Below are positions 40,880-55,455 of a stretch of DNA of 64,000 nucleotides, piece after piece. The DNA comes from Octopus vulgaris (taxonomy: Eukaryota): assembly GCA_951406725.2 (NCBI GenBank), contig OX597814.1:37324001-37388000 (forward strand), in the 5' to 3' direction. The notes beneath the pieces are model-generated. The model was not told where the DNA came from. It searched no databases and saw nothing but the letters and a program-made list of their open reading frames with translations. Each line of letters opens with the position of its first letter. Position 1 is the stretch's first letter. Position numbers and translations under genes: made by a program.

Positions 40880-42252
40880 TTATTGACATTATTCAGAGAC
40901 AAACCGGAACACGAAGACTGGTGATAATATGATTTCTAGGCTCAGGGATGTTGGAGCGCCATGATCTCTAGCACAAACCAAAGATCCCAAAATATCCAAT
41001 GCCATTCTCTGCATACCTGATTTTATACCATCCAATGTTGGTGGTGGCATAGCAGGACCCATTCCTGTAGAGAATGGTGTCAAGCAGGGTGACTTTCTTG
41101 CCCCAACTCACTTTCCTTTGTACCTTGCTGAAGCTTTTAGTCATGCTTTTGCTAAGGTTAGCTCTCTGAGAATATATGTCAGGTATCGATCTTCAGGCCG
41201 CCGATCTGTTGCCAATTCAAAAGTTCTCCAGTCTCTTATTCGTGACCCCTCTATGCAGATGATTGTGACTTAGTCACTCATACAGTGGATGACATGAAAA
41301 TACTTATGAATCGTATTTCTGCTTCTTGCAAGGCATTTGGACTCAGCATTAGCCTGGACATGAATGTTGTAATGTTCCAGCCTGCACCAGGAAATCCATA
41401 TGTGGAATCAGCTATCTTGGTTGAAGGAGCAATTCTAAAAGTAATAAATACGTTTGTCTACCTGGGCAGCACCCTCAGTCGTTCTTGCTCCCTGGATAAT
41501 GAAATATCTTTCAGGCTGCAGAGAGCAACTGATTCCACCTGATCTCTTCAGCTTCCTGTCTGGTCCCAGCATAGCGTCACAAAGCAAGCAAAAGTTACTG
41601 TGTGCTGTGAATGTATACTGACATCGCTCCTTTACTCATGTGAAACATTGACTCTTTACAAACGTCATGTAACGGTCCTTGAACGCTTTCATCAGAGATG
41701 TCTCAGACACATTCTGAATGTTGGCTGGACCTTAAAAACGCCAGACACACAGGTCCTGAGGACATCTGATATCTTGAGTGTTGAAGCGATGGTGCACAAG
41801 CACCGGTTACGTTGGACTGGGAACCTTATTAGAAAGGATAGAAGGATCCTTTAGCAGATGCTATATGGGGAACTTGTAAATGGAAAGAGACCATAGTAGA
41901 AACAAGGCTGCGATTTAAGGACTGTTTCACGTCCTCATTAAAGGCTTATGATATGGAGGAGACTGACTGGAAGAGCACTGCCTGTCATTGCCACAGATGG
42001 AGGAAGCTGGTTAAGGAGGGGGTCAACACCTTTGAAAGAGCACATATTCTGCATGAAGAACTTAAACTTAATGCTCGAAACCGCACTGCTGGCGTAGTGG
42101 ATGGGGAAAACCTTGATTTGCAATGTAAGCAGTCGTGTATACTTATCAAGAGCAGGGCTCATCCACGAATGCAAAATATAAGTTAGTCCTAGAGGGCACA
42201 ATATTCCTGAAGGTCAGCAATTGTCTTCCTCGGTCAGGAGTGGACGGGCGTC
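40880..42252 (+). mobile_element. RTE/BovB-type LINE reverse transcriptase and C-terminus (degraded)
   Basis: NGVKQGDFLAP, YADDCDL, FVYLGSTLS, LLYSCET, LERFHQRCLRHIL, RLRWTGNL; stops and frameshifts. Confidence 0.92.
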
Positions 42253-42289
42253 ATATATATATATATACACACACATATATACATACAAG

Positions 42290-43010
42290 TTTCAAAGGCT
42301 GTCATAGACGGGAGTTGTAGCGGGGATAAGCTCCCACTGCCTACAAAGTGTTCCCAGGGTGTGCGTCTCAAATAACCTCTGACAGTCAATTCCAACTCCT
42401 GACCTTCCCGCGGCGAAATTGTTCTCACTGACAGGAGAAGGGCAGAGTCACTGGCGCCTTAAAACCAGTTGCTTCGGGTAGCTGGGACTCGATAGCCTTC
42501 ACTGGCAGCCCAACTAGGAGAGGAAAACTCCGATTTCAAACCTCCGCTGCCTTGTGGCAAGACCCCCTCCTGGGAAAGGCTAAGGGAGTAAACCCCGACA
42601 GAAAATCCGGAGCTGGAGTCTCTAAGGCGGCCTGACACAACACGTCATCACTGACAACTCCTGCGACGCATCTGGTACCAAGCTGTATCGATCCGTCGTT
42701 CCCTTGGAGCTACAAGTTGCATAGGAAGGGGGGATTAAACTGCATGGGGAACAGCTGATCCCTCATACAAACCTGTCCAGGCCTTGTAGCTCATCAGGAA
42801 GAGGACTGGAGAGGACACTCCAGCAGTATCGTAAGATTCTGACACAACACGGGAAGAGACAGTGACCGGTGATTCATCCCCTTTCATTTGCACCAGATGT
42901 GATAGAGACTGCCACTCGATGATTGGTCTGCACAGCCGAACCAAGAAGTGCAGATAAACCCACCACCTCTTCCGGGCTACACCATCGTCTCTCGTCGACG
43001 AAGACGACGA
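42290..43010 (+). mobile_element. Short non-autonomous RTE derivative (5' UTR joined to 3' end)
   Basis: RTE-type 5' UTR motif GGCAGCCCAACTAGGAGAGGAAAACTCCGATTTCAAACC joined to the C-terminal zinc finger [24 protein letters not shown] and a short (GAC) tail. Confidence 0.72.
42310..42452 (+). ncRNA. HDV-like ribozyme candidate (degenerate)
   Basis: P1 GGGAGTTG (42310) / CAACTCCT (42393) with a first G-U wobble; P4 CCTTC...GAAGG followed by GCAGAG; P3 and P1.1 contain mismatches. Confidence 0.45.
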
Positions 43011-43050
43011 TATATACATATATACATACATACATGCACATATACATGCA

Positions 43051-43129
<79 letters not shown>

Positions 43130-43880
43130 ATATATATATGCATATATATATATAATACAGAAAAAGAAAATGGAGGAATAGTTTCTTTACAATCATCAAC
43201 TTACAGATAATACCAATTCATATAATTTATTAACCAATTAAATAGGAACATCCAAATCAAACAGAGTAAAACAGAATAAAACAATATACATCAATAATTA
43301 AGATAATGCCATAAAAATAATACATATAAAAGGGATCTTAGAGCTGTCTCAGCCTGTGAATAAGGGTATTTCATTATGCCTATATTAGTCAAATGTATTG
43401 CGGTTAAAATGTATATGCAGTTAAAAATGAGTTATATATATATATATCATATATTGTATAGCATATTACATACACAATGTAGTATAACATAATATATAGA
43501 CAGATGCCTATGTGAGATGCCAGTACATTAATTCAAAAAATAATGCAATACAATATACAATGTCATTATATTCAAATATCATATTCATATATCATATTAT
43601 ATTCATATATCATATATCATAAGCATAGCCCGTTTCGACCTATCACTTAATCCTTTATCGGTGAACTCTATGTATGTTCATGAATATATCTTTTGTATGA
43701 TGTAAAAGGATAAAATATCTTTATATGTGTATATGCATTAATGGATATTTTTGCGCATGTATGTGTATGCATCTGCATGTATTTAGTACCTGTGTGTAGA
43801 TGTATGTATGCAGATTAGGACTAAAGTTTCGATTTTCGCTGAATGATATATGAATATAATGACATTGTATATTGTATTGC

Positions 43881-43942
<62 letters not shown>

Positions 43943-44252
43943 AAAAAGGAAATGAAGAAAATGCTGACAAATAATTGAAGTAATTGAAGTAATTTAATTA
44001 GGTGAAAGTTCTTTTTACCGGTTGCGCATTTGTTATGCTTATCAAAATATAAAAGAGAGATTAGAGTCTGTCTCTTATATGTGAAAAAAAGATATTAACA
44101 CCATGACACACACAAATATATGGTTCCACACATACACATAATTGAATACGGGTGCAAAACATCCAACACTATTTTTTGGAAATGGCTGTAAATATTGACT
44201 TCACACAAATACGTTGCTTCCCGATACAGGCACAAGGCCAGCAGAACTATAA

Positions 44253-44387
44253 ATAATGTATATTTATATATATATACATATTCTATACATAATGTATATT
44301 TATATATATACATATTCTATACATAATGTATATTTATATATATACATATTCTATACATAATGTATATTTATATATATACATATTCTT
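44253..44387. repeat. 34-bp minisatellite, ~4 copies
   Basis: ATAATGTATATTTATATATATACATATTCTATAC repeated. Confidence 0.9.
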
Positions 44388-44463
44388 ATGTATGTGTACT
44401 TTCTTTCATATTTATATTTGCATTTCATATCTTCATTTTATATCTTCATAATTGTACTTTATA

Positions 44464-44592
44464 ATCTCTGACGAAGCCTTGAGATATATATATAACTCAT
44501 TTTTAACTGCATATACATTTTAACCGCAATACATTTGACTAATATAGGCATAATGAGATACCCTTATTCACAGGCTGAGACAGCTGTAAGAT
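44464..44592 (+). ncRNA. Hammerhead-like motif with 92-nt loop II
   Basis: ATCT-CTGACGA-AGCCT-(92 nt)-AGGCT-GAGA-CAGCT-GTA-AGAT; GAAA is replaced by GAGA. Confidence 0.55.
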
Positions 44593-44922
44593 CCATTTTA
44601 TATGTATTAGTTTTTTATGGTATTATCTTACTTATTGATGTATATTGTTTTATTCTATTTCACTCTGTTGGATTTGGATGTTCCTATTTAATTGGTCAAT
44701 AAATTATATGAATTGGTATTATCTGTAAGTTGATGACAGTAAGGAATCTATTCCTCCATTTTCTTATCTTGTATTTTGAATTTTAGGTAAAACATTTTAC
44801 CTTCGCCCATATAATACAATAAATGAACTAATTCCATTGCAAATGTAAGCAGTATATTGGATAAATAATATCCCATAGTGGGTTACACTCATAACCCATA
44901 TATCACTTTGTACATACATATA

Positions 44923-44991
<69 letters not shown>

Positions 44992-45704
44992 GCATTCTTA
45001 CAGTGATACCCTGATACCCACTTACGTAGGTCCGCATATGTACGTATGAGGCATACTTAAATGTAGTATATAGCTATAGGGGATACATGGCATGTTACTT
45101 TGCAATTAACAAATCTGAAATATAGTTAGTAACAGTTCATCCATGTAAGAATCCTAAATCTGCTAACTGCCTTCACAAGTACCGCCCATGTGCACGCGGT
45201 ATCTGGGTTCAGAAGCATCATCTTAATATGTGGGCGCAGTTTTTCTTTCCATTAAACTGATTTTTCCCTCTATACTCTAATAGATCGACGCTTGTGAATT
45301 AACATTCTTGCAGTTTTATATTGCTTACAATCTTTTTTCACTTCTATATAAAAAATATGTTTTTTTTACAACTATCCAGTTCATATAAAAACTTGAGTTT
45401 TGGGGAAAGATATGTGTCTTTCACATCATATGAATACTATATAAATTCCAATATCTGAGTAGAGAAGAGAGAAATTTTGTTCACAAATAAGAATTGAAGT
45501 AGGAACATTACATATTGCTTGATTATTTTTATTCGGAAATACTCTAGAGAAGAATGGAAAATATTCAAATAAAATCAAACGATTTGCATAATGATTAGAT
45601 TCCTAAAACTGCAAGCTAACTCATACTGATAAATGCAGTTATCCATCTGTCACAACATAATTACATACGTATCTCTCTCTATCTATCTATCTATGTATCT
45701 ATCA

Positions 45705-45746
<42 letters not shown>

Positions 45747-45864
45747 TTATCTACCTATCGGTCTATGATTTGTCTATCTATTTATTCATTTGTCTGTCAT
45801 ACATATATATATATATATATATATTTGTTCACATATTTATACACACATATATATACATTCATAC

Positions 45865-45949
<85 letters not shown>

Positions 45950-46349
45950 TATTTATGTATCTATATATATACACACATACATATATAATTTAAATTATAT
46001 TTGCTTTATCAAATTACTCCTACAGTTAATCAGTATACTTATCGAAAATATTCCCTGACGCATTGGATGAGTTCTTATATAATTGAACTACTTGCAATAA
46101 GAATATGGTAGAGCATATGCTTGGGGACCAGCATATTAATAAAACACTTTTATTCGAAACTTCTCATGATTCAATAGAATTTACCAAAATGTGGGTTTAG
46201 CGAGTATAGTAAAATCAACTTAGTGTTGTTCAACTACATACACTGACTTTAGCAAACATTGTAAAACAGTAAAAGTAAACAAAATAACCGCTGAAATTAT
46301 ATATCCCTATTAGACACTTTTGGAAATTTAGCTCTTTTACTCTCTCTCT

Positions 46350-46396
<47 letters not shown>

Positions 46397-46649
46397 CATA
46401 TATGTTTGTGGGTTGAGTGAGTGTGTATGTGTATGTATGTTTATGTGTGTGCGTGTGAATGTGTCTGCGTTTGTCAGTGTGTGTATGTGTGTATGTCAAT
46501 CTGGGAATGTAGCTCAAGACGAAATTCAAAAAACACTCAGAATCTCAATGAAAGTTTAATGAATTATATTAATCCGATAAACTTTGAATAATCTTTCATT
46601 TCAGTGTTTAATGTTTAATTGATTGCACGTGTAACTAGACATGTGAATA

Positions 46650-46699
<50 letters not shown>

Positions 46700-46858
46700 T
46701 AAATTCAGATCTGGAGAGTCTACTAGAGTAGATGCAAGGGCTAACATATGATTTATAAAGACATGTGACATATTAATAAAATATCTGTAAATATAACACC
46801 ATCCAGATTTCTGAGTACCTTATTCTAATATATAATACCTGTAAATCGCATCCAAACG

Positions 46859-46930
<72 letters not shown>

Positions 46931-47937
46931 CATGCATACATACATACATACATACACAAAAAGTATGAATATTGCATGTACGCACGTGTTCTCTTTCGCT
47001 TTTAATTATATAATTCCTCTGGGTAAGGCTCTGGATTTTAGGAGAAACCAGGCTTCATCTTTCGAATGCAGATAACAATATAAATATCACATTTCTTAAA
47101 AGAAAATCTTGTTGCAAATTTGTTCTGTTCCACTTATAGATTGTATGTGTACTGTATATTTATAACAAATTTGAAACAGTAACCCTTATATGAATATTCA
47201 CATATATATACATCCACTAAGTGTTTATCATTTTTATCCAGTCATTGCTTGGCTGCAAGAACGTTACCGTGTTTGAGTAGTCGTAGATTACATATAATCT
47301 TACTAATGTTATATTTATGTGGAAATTATATTTGGGGATATCATGGTTTTCTGAATGACTTTATTAAATACAATATGGAAATGGATGAGTACCAGTGCAT
47401 TTGGGAGAAGTGCGAAATCACTCTAAGAGAAATTATTTGACCTGAGAGTTGTATATTTCAAATATGCTGATATGATATCTATAACAGGTATATTGATCGA
47501 TCTGTCAAGTTTTTCTAGAACTTGTTGGCAAGGTATATACAAGGTCTTTCTTTCTATGTAACATTTCCAAAGCTTTTCAAATATATTTCACCTTTGCAAC
47601 GATCTGTCTTACGTATACACATTCTGTGAAGTAATCTCATGTCAACTCGACATGGGATATAAAATATACAATGCATTTCTACCTGAATTGTATAGGTGGG
47701 ATTCTTTAAGAAAAGCTGTCATTCCTTTCAGGATAGCAAGTATATTATCGCGTCGGAATACACAATGAGAATGATCGTTTGAAATTTCATCCGTAAATGT
47801 TTAACCTTGCTGAATCTTAATATCCATTATTTGATTTAGTTTTTGCATACTTTAATACACAAAGCTGCATACAATCCCTCTTACGTATATATGTATGTAT
47901 GTATTTTTCACATGCATATAAATATATACATATGCAA

Positions 47938-47957
47938 TACATACATACATACATACA

Positions 47958-47991
<34 letters not shown>

Positions 47992-47992
47992 C

Positions 47993-48041
<49 letters not shown>

Positions 48042-48067
48042 CATACATACATACATACATACATGCA

Positions 48068-48113
<46 letters not shown>

Positions 48114-48123
48114 CATACATACA

Positions 48124-48158
<35 letters not shown>

Positions 48159-48250
48159 CGACATATATAAGCATATACATACACATATCCATTCATCCAG
48201 CAATCAATCTATACATACATGCACACATACATACATACACACATACATAT
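47938..48250. repeat. (CATA)n/(TA)n compound microsatellite
   Basis: Directly visible. Confidence 0.95.
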
Positions 48251-48701
48251 GAAAAGCATAAAATCCGACTATGTATATCCGGTGATTCTTGCATTTTTCT
48301 ATGATGAAATGAAGTTCTAGAATGTCATTGACACTCTTCGAGAATATAAGCTAGCTCCGTTAAGTTATGCTAACTGGAATATTACGATTCAATAATATAG
48401 ATAATTACATGAACGAAATATCATTATTACTTTGAAGCGTTGTTTTATTTCAAATATGTAACATTTTTGAACGGAATTCAGACATCATCTTAATTTTCAA
48501 TAATTTTGTATTTTGTACGTAGCTTGAGAAATATCAAAACATTATTACAATTTTCGCTTACTGCAATAATTGATGAAATTTAGAATCACATACTGAAAAT
48601 TTATCTTGAAGCCTCCAGAAAAATTTACCTTTCAAGCCCTAGAGCAAGGGCAGATTTTCTTTAATAAGCCCTTATCAGCACGGTCTGAGTTTTCTTCCTC
48701 A

Positions 48702-50700
48702 TCTAATAATATATAAAATAGATAAGTTTGTGAATTCACTTGTCACGGGAAAACGGTTTCACCAATTGCTTCCACACTTGTGATACATGAATAATTACAC
48801 CTTGAACAAATCATAGGCTCCTCATCAGACTTTTTTTAGCAAAAATTTCTTTTGAAAAATTATGGTTCACTTCTTTGAAAACATTTTTCAATGTCAACTT
48901 CCGGTTTAGAACTAAAAACAGCAACGTCTGTCCCTATCTAAATATGATATTTTCATTTCAAGTTTTAATTCGCTATTTGTAAACAACTACGATAAATAAC
49001 TGGGAGAAATATTTACTAACTTCACAAATATAAATATTCAGTGCAAGATAGTTTTTAACGTGCTTTTATTTATACGATATTTTCATTCTATGTCTATCTC
49101 ATTCAATGTTTTCTTTCTCTCTCCCTCTACTTCTATCTCTCTCAATCTCTCTCTCTCACTCCAGGTTTGATTTCTTTATTACACAAATATCACGTTAAAA
49201 TTCTGCAATTCAACATGGGGTGTCCAAAATATATGGGCATTATTTTGCTTGAACTCTCACACTTCGTTAATTTCGTAAAGATTTTTATGCATTTTCTTAT
49301 TCCCGCCGTGTTCAGTTCTATGTATGTGTAGCCAGTCACACACGCAAACGTGTGTTTTTGTATGAACGTTTGTATACATGTATGTATGTGAGTGTGTATC
49401 TGTGTGTGTTTGAGTGAATGAAAGGGTGTGTTGTCATGTATACCTACATACATAAATACATATTCATACGTCTATTTTGTATGTATATTTGTGTGTGTGT
49501 GTGTGAGAGAGAGAGAGTGACGTCTAAGTGTCACTCTTTCTCTCTCTCTCTCTCACAGACGCGCACATACATACAAGAAAGATGTATGCTTATTAATTTA
49601 TATACGTATACATGACAACACACGCCTTCACTCACTCTCTCTCTCTCTCTCTTTCACGCACACAAATACACACACATGTCCATTCCATCTGATATTTGAT
49701 GATGTAAGTGTATTATCTTTGTGTATGTGTGTGTGCGTGCGGCGTTCCAAAGCAGAGAAATTTTCTTTTTTGATGCTCCTGGTGGCATAGGTAAAACATT
49801 TGTAACATTGCTTCTCTCCGAGATAAGGCAACAAAAAAGAATTGCAGTTGCTGTACCACTGACTGGCTTTGTTGCCACCATTTTCCCAGTAGGACAAACA
49901 GTTCATTCTCCTTTCAAATTACCACTATACCTGGTCACACTTGACAGTCCAATTTGTAACATATGCAAAGATTCAGGTTCAGCAGAAGCGTTGTCCGAAT
50001 GCCACCTTATCATTTGGGATAAATGCACCATGTCACATAGAGGTACAATAGAAGCTCTTACTAACACATTTCAGGACATCAGAGGCAATAATAAATCTAT
50101 AGGAGGAGTTACATTAGTTTTATCAGGAGACTTCGGACAATCATTACCAGTCCGTCTGAGACGTAGATCTGATGAAATAAAAGTACAAATCAGTTGATTC
50201 AGTCCTTAGTGAAAATCACATTGCCCATTACCCAACAGAGATCCTTCATTCTTTTTAGCGACCTGAAATTACTCCAGATAAAATCCTTCTGAAGTTAGGA
50301 GTCCCAATGATGCTTCTAAGAAATTTAGATCCTTCTAAATGGGACAAGGTTGATTGTGAAGACATTATCACTTAACGTGACAGAAGCTACCATCATCACT
50401 GGATGTGCCTCTAGGGATGTTGTTTTCATTCAAAGAATTCCAATCAAACAAACATACGTGCCATTTGCGTTCAAACGAACAGAATTACCAGTTCAACTTT
50501 GCCTTGCAACATATATTAATTTAGATCAAAGTCAGTCTTTGAAATCGAAAATCTACTGGTTTGCTTTTCCCATGGTCAACTTTATGTTCGTTGCTCCAGG
50601 ATTTTGCAAGACTCATTTGTTTATGCTCCAGACCAGGAAACAAAGAATGTTGTTTACCCAGAAGCTCTTATATACTTCCCTTCAACCTAAGTGGTAAATT
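48702..50700 (+). mobile_element. Helitron remnant with PIF1-family helicase fragments (49740-50690)
   Basis: FFDAPGGIGKTF (Walker A), LIIWDKCTM, GGVTLVLSGDFGQSLPV, GVPMMLLRNLDP, FKRTELPVQLCLA. Possible 5' end A^TCTAATAATATATAAAA at 48702 (less certain). Confidence 0.85.
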
Positions 50701-50711
50701 TTGTAGTTTCG

Positions 50712-50946
<235 letters not shown>

Positions 50947-50949
50947 TCC

Positions 50950-51703
50950 TACGTAACACAGTGTAGGTAAAAATGCATCAAAGTATTTAGTCACCTGTCA
51001 TGTCACAACAAGATACTTAGACAGAAAATACATTCCTTAAGATGCGCGCTGTACACAATAAGGCCGCTTTTTGCGAGGCATCAATCTTGCACGGGATTTC
51101 CAGTTGCCTTAATAAGTTTTAAAATTTCAATGGTATTGAGCCTAACGTTCCGGTCACAACTGGTATCACTTTCACATTACCCTCTCGCATTCCATACAGT
51201 CTTGCCATTTCCGCTTACACTTTGGAATACTTGGCGATTTTTCACTCTTTACTCACAGCATTCATGTCATTTGGTATGGTTACATCAATGATCTGACACT
51301 ATATATCTCTCTTATTCAATATGTCAATATCCGGCCGACGGTGTTCGATTACACGATCCGGCTGAAAATCATAGTCGCAGAGTACCGTTACTTTACCATC
51401 TTTACTTGGTAATACTCATACGAGTTCTCTGTTACTTCATATTGGTATTTATGGCAAAAGATCCAATGAAGACACACACACATTTTATCGTGGTGGCGCT
51501 TGTATTCTTTTTGTGCAAGGCTCTCATATCTACTTACCAAGTAGGACACCTTTTCTACATTCTTTCTACAGAGACCTCATTTCTGGGTGTCAGTAGTTAT
51601 AAATATGATACTTCACTGAAGTATCATAACGGGGCCTGGTCTTGTGCAGTAATGATCAGGCTTTCTCAGTGGTACCCTTTAAATCATCTTTCTCAAGTCA
51701 TAC
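50950..51703 (-). mobile_element. R4/Dong-type LINE 3' fragment
   Basis: LIITAQDQA, LAQKEYKRHHDKMC, VIEHRRPDIDI...IIDVTIP...KVIPVVTGTLG...QKAALLCTARILRNV; the tail runs into (TAA)n. Confidence 0.88.
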
Positions 51704-51704
51704 T

Positions 51705-51751
<47 letters not shown>

Positions 51752-51761
51752 TATCATCACT

Positions 51762-52240
51762 GTCTTTGCACAGCTTCTAACGCTGGAGATGTACTACGGT
51801 GTCAGCTGTTCACTACCAGTGAACTAAGTTAACACCTCTTATTTTTCGAGCACCTCCCTGTGTATTCGATCGGTTCCAAGCAATTTGTTTTCTGCAAGTG
51901 CGCCACCCTTATTGCAGCCCCTATTTGTTCCATGCACTTTTCAAGGATTTTATTTACTGTTCTCAAGGCTCCTACATTTATTGTGTCCACTACCAACTTT
52001 TTCATCGACAGAAACTGCTTTACCTCCCAAGCTAACTTGTCATATCTATTGAATTTCTTGCTTCCTTATTGCATACCTTGTTGTCAGCTGGGCTTGCCAT
52101 ATCTATAATCCAATACAGTTTGCTCTGTTTCTCATTTGACACTATGCCTTACTTCCTATTCTCTGTCTCATGGTCGCACTTAATCATAAAATCCGACAGC
52201 ATCTTTGCATTATCATTTCCGGGATTGTGGTCGCACCAAA
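51762..52240 (-). mobile_element. R4/Dong-type LINE 3' fragment (different subfamily) with (ATG)n tail
   Basis: DFMIKCDHE...WIIDMASPADNKV...RYDKLAWEVKQ...INVGALRTV; abuts (CAT)n at 51705-51760. Confidence 0.75.
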
Positions 52241-52387
52241 TTTTACTCTGTCAAGTCCATACTTATTACAGTGTCCAATGGAAAGCCTTGCTACATTTTC
52301 GTAGTCCCTCTTATATTCTATTGGATGCGTTTCCAAATATGTATCTGGATCCTAACAGTCAATTTTCTTCCTAATAAGCATTTCAAA

Positions 52388-52582
52388 TTTTGGTACAAAG
52401 CCAGTAATTTCGGAGGAGGGGATATGACAATCAATTCAACCCCTGTGTCCAGATAGTACTTATTTTACCGACCCCGGTCAAAGTGCACTTTGATGAATAT
52501 AAACACTGAACGTAAGGACGAACGAAATGCTTCTAGGCGTTTTGCCCGGTGTGCTAATGATTCTGCCAGCTCACTATCTTAA
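52388..52582 (-). mobile_element. tRNA-derived SINE (diverged)
   Basis: GTACTTATTTTACCGACCCC...GCTAATGATTCTGCCAGCTCAC. Confidence 0.8.
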
Positions 52583-53225
52583 GCTTATCTCACAATAATG
52601 ATCAATTTGACATCGCTTAGAATTATAACTACATATTTTTATTACTCCTTTTTCCAAATTAATGGAGATTGTTTTGCATTCATATTTGATTACTTCATTC
52701 CTTACATTACATCCCAGTCAACATATTTCACTTCTAACTTTTAATTTACCAAAGCTGAGTACTGAAGCAAACTCCTTCGTAAATTTAAGCACAGACTAAA
52801 ATATACGTTAGCCGATCACAGTGGATGAGATTCGATGCAAAGAATATTTCCCGCTAGTTCCAGTATTATGGAAATAAATATCAGATGATTCCCTAATCGG
52901 ATAATTTAATTTTCGTTAGGCATTTCTAAATTTCTCTATGTAATCACTTCTTTCCTTTGGGATACCCCTATGTTTTTCTTATCTTGCAGATATTATTTTG
53001 TTTGTAATGAACGTCATTTCGTGCATCAGTCATGAACAATCAATGAAAATTTATAAGTTAATACTTTCTGCATTTTCAGGTTTTACTGATGGCAGTGTTT
53101 GTGCTGATACATTTTCGCAGTCGCCTCTTTATTTTCCGAGTAGTATATACACACATGAATACAAGCATGCATACATCCATCTATCCGTCCATACATGATA
53201 CAAACATACATACATAAATAAATGT

Positions 53226-53314
<89 letters not shown>

Positions 53315-53329
53315 CATCTATACATATAA

Positions 53330-53369
<40 letters not shown>

Positions 53370-53807
53370 CTTCTATGTAACGATTTATTTATTTAGATGT
53401 CTGAATGCGTGTGATTATCTCTGAGTGTGTGTGTTTGTGTTTGCGTGTGTGTGTACATATTTGAACAAGTGTGCTTCATTTTACATACATTTATATTCTT
53501 AGTCATAATTCACAAACATATGAAATCCAGAAGATATTTCATTGCATTATTTTATATTATTCCTATTGATTCCTTTATTCTTTATCATTTACTTTATTTC
53601 TCTTTATATCTGACTTATTTTTCTTGCCTTCTTCATTTGTTTTAAATTTGTTTCATACCATGTCTAAAACTAATCTGATTATATATCCGAATATATTTCC
53701 ATAATCAGCTTACAATGATGAGCAATTATTTTTCATTTTAATTCCTTGCACTCGCAAAGTACTACGTATGTTTATACACGAATACATAAATTCAAGTACG
53801 CATACAA

Positions 53808-53895
<88 letters not shown>

Positions 53896-54596
53896 CATGT
53901 GTGTATGTGTGTACCTATAAACAATTGTATATATGTCTCTCTATCAATGGTTGTATTTATTTCAGCATAGATATACATTTATATACATTTACGTAAATAT
54001 GGGTATCCACACGCACAGACATACTTAGACACAAGCCTACACATATAAACATACAATGTGTGGTTTATTCATCCGCTTCTCTCTGTCGTTATTTAGTTAT
54101 TCTGTCTCTCATTCACCTAATTTGTTTCCATCTTACACTCTATAACACCATATGCATGTGTATGTATTTGCCTGTGTGTGTCTACGAATGAATATTATCT
54201 TTAATCTCTCATCCCCATTGGATATCATAGTCAATATCTCAAAAAACATATGCATGTCTAATATTTGAATAGAGCTTATAGATTTGTTTATCTATTTAAA
54301 ATACAACCATTTCAAAAGTAAACAACAGCGTGTATCTAATTTACAACATAATAAAACGTACGCTTTTAAATCTATTACTGCTTACAGGAATTTCTTGGAG
54401 ATTTACTCCTGAATTGCGATGCGACAGCTAATGCTTCTATGTAGATAATTCTATGTTCATGCTTTTACTTAATAAGTAAAATTAAACAGTTAGCACATGT
54501 AGCGTATCTATATATCTACATATAATAGTCAAGCTTATATGTGCGGATGTGTAAATAATCCTGATTATATTTATGCACACATATTTATGTCGGAGA

Positions 54597-54646
<50 letters not shown>

Positions 54647-55455
54647 GTTTGTTTATTATATTTCCTTATCAGTTTTTCATCCAGTCTCATTTGAAATGTG
54701 AACGAAATCTGAGATAACATGATTTCTCCAGCAACCTGAAGTGCACCACTGATTGTAAATCATTTATGTCAAGAAACCACAAATTGGAGGAAGACGGTAG
54801 GAGGAAAAATGTGTTAATGAAAAAGAATCAAATGCTTATAGAATTTAAAGTCTATCAGAATCATACGCAAAGTAAAAGATATTTAATGCCAAGTCGTAAT
54901 TTAAAGAACAATGTATTGATCTCATTAGATAACATAAAGCACTGTAATGGAGAATTTCAAAGTTGCATATTAAAGCAACGCATCTTCGGAAGAGAGAAGT
55001 GAGAAGCTGTGTTGACAGTAAGCATTAGAAAAAATTATATGAAATTAATACTTTCAGAAAAGAATAAATGATACACAGCGGTCAGTTCTAAAAGAGATGC
55101 ATTTTGTTGGATAAATTGACAAATATCTCTACGTAGCAAGACAGATACGCAATTATACGAACACGGTGAATAGATCCCTCGTTAAAGCTGATTGTATTTT
55201 CTTTGTTGCAGTAAAATAATTTTTCCATTATTTTAAACTACTGATGCAGTATTTAGCAATGCAGGCACTCAGTGTGTTTCTCGGATTCTACTATATCACT
55301 AAATATATTCAGTTTCTTAAAATTACATTACCACAAAATTAATTTGATTGTATAATTTTTTTTTTTTTTTGAAGTGCAAATAACTTCACATTAAATCGTT
55401 TATTCCTTCTATTTGTTACTATTTACACGCCTAGCTTTGAATTTGTTATATATAT

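Larger units (their letters stand above)
43154..44910. mobile_element. PLE-type pseudo-LTR with inverted partial copy (43154-43448 / 44483-44775)
   Basis: ~290-bp arms are near reverse complements; the right copy carries a hammerhead-like motif; flanked by (TA)n. Confidence 0.7.

Noticed and set aside
49721-50697. Host PIF1 helicase gene
   Set aside because: Intronless, internally deleted and frameshifted, with Helitron-type motifs.
54766-55002. 78-aa ORF
   Set aside because: No recognisable motif or splice context; length is within chance expectation.
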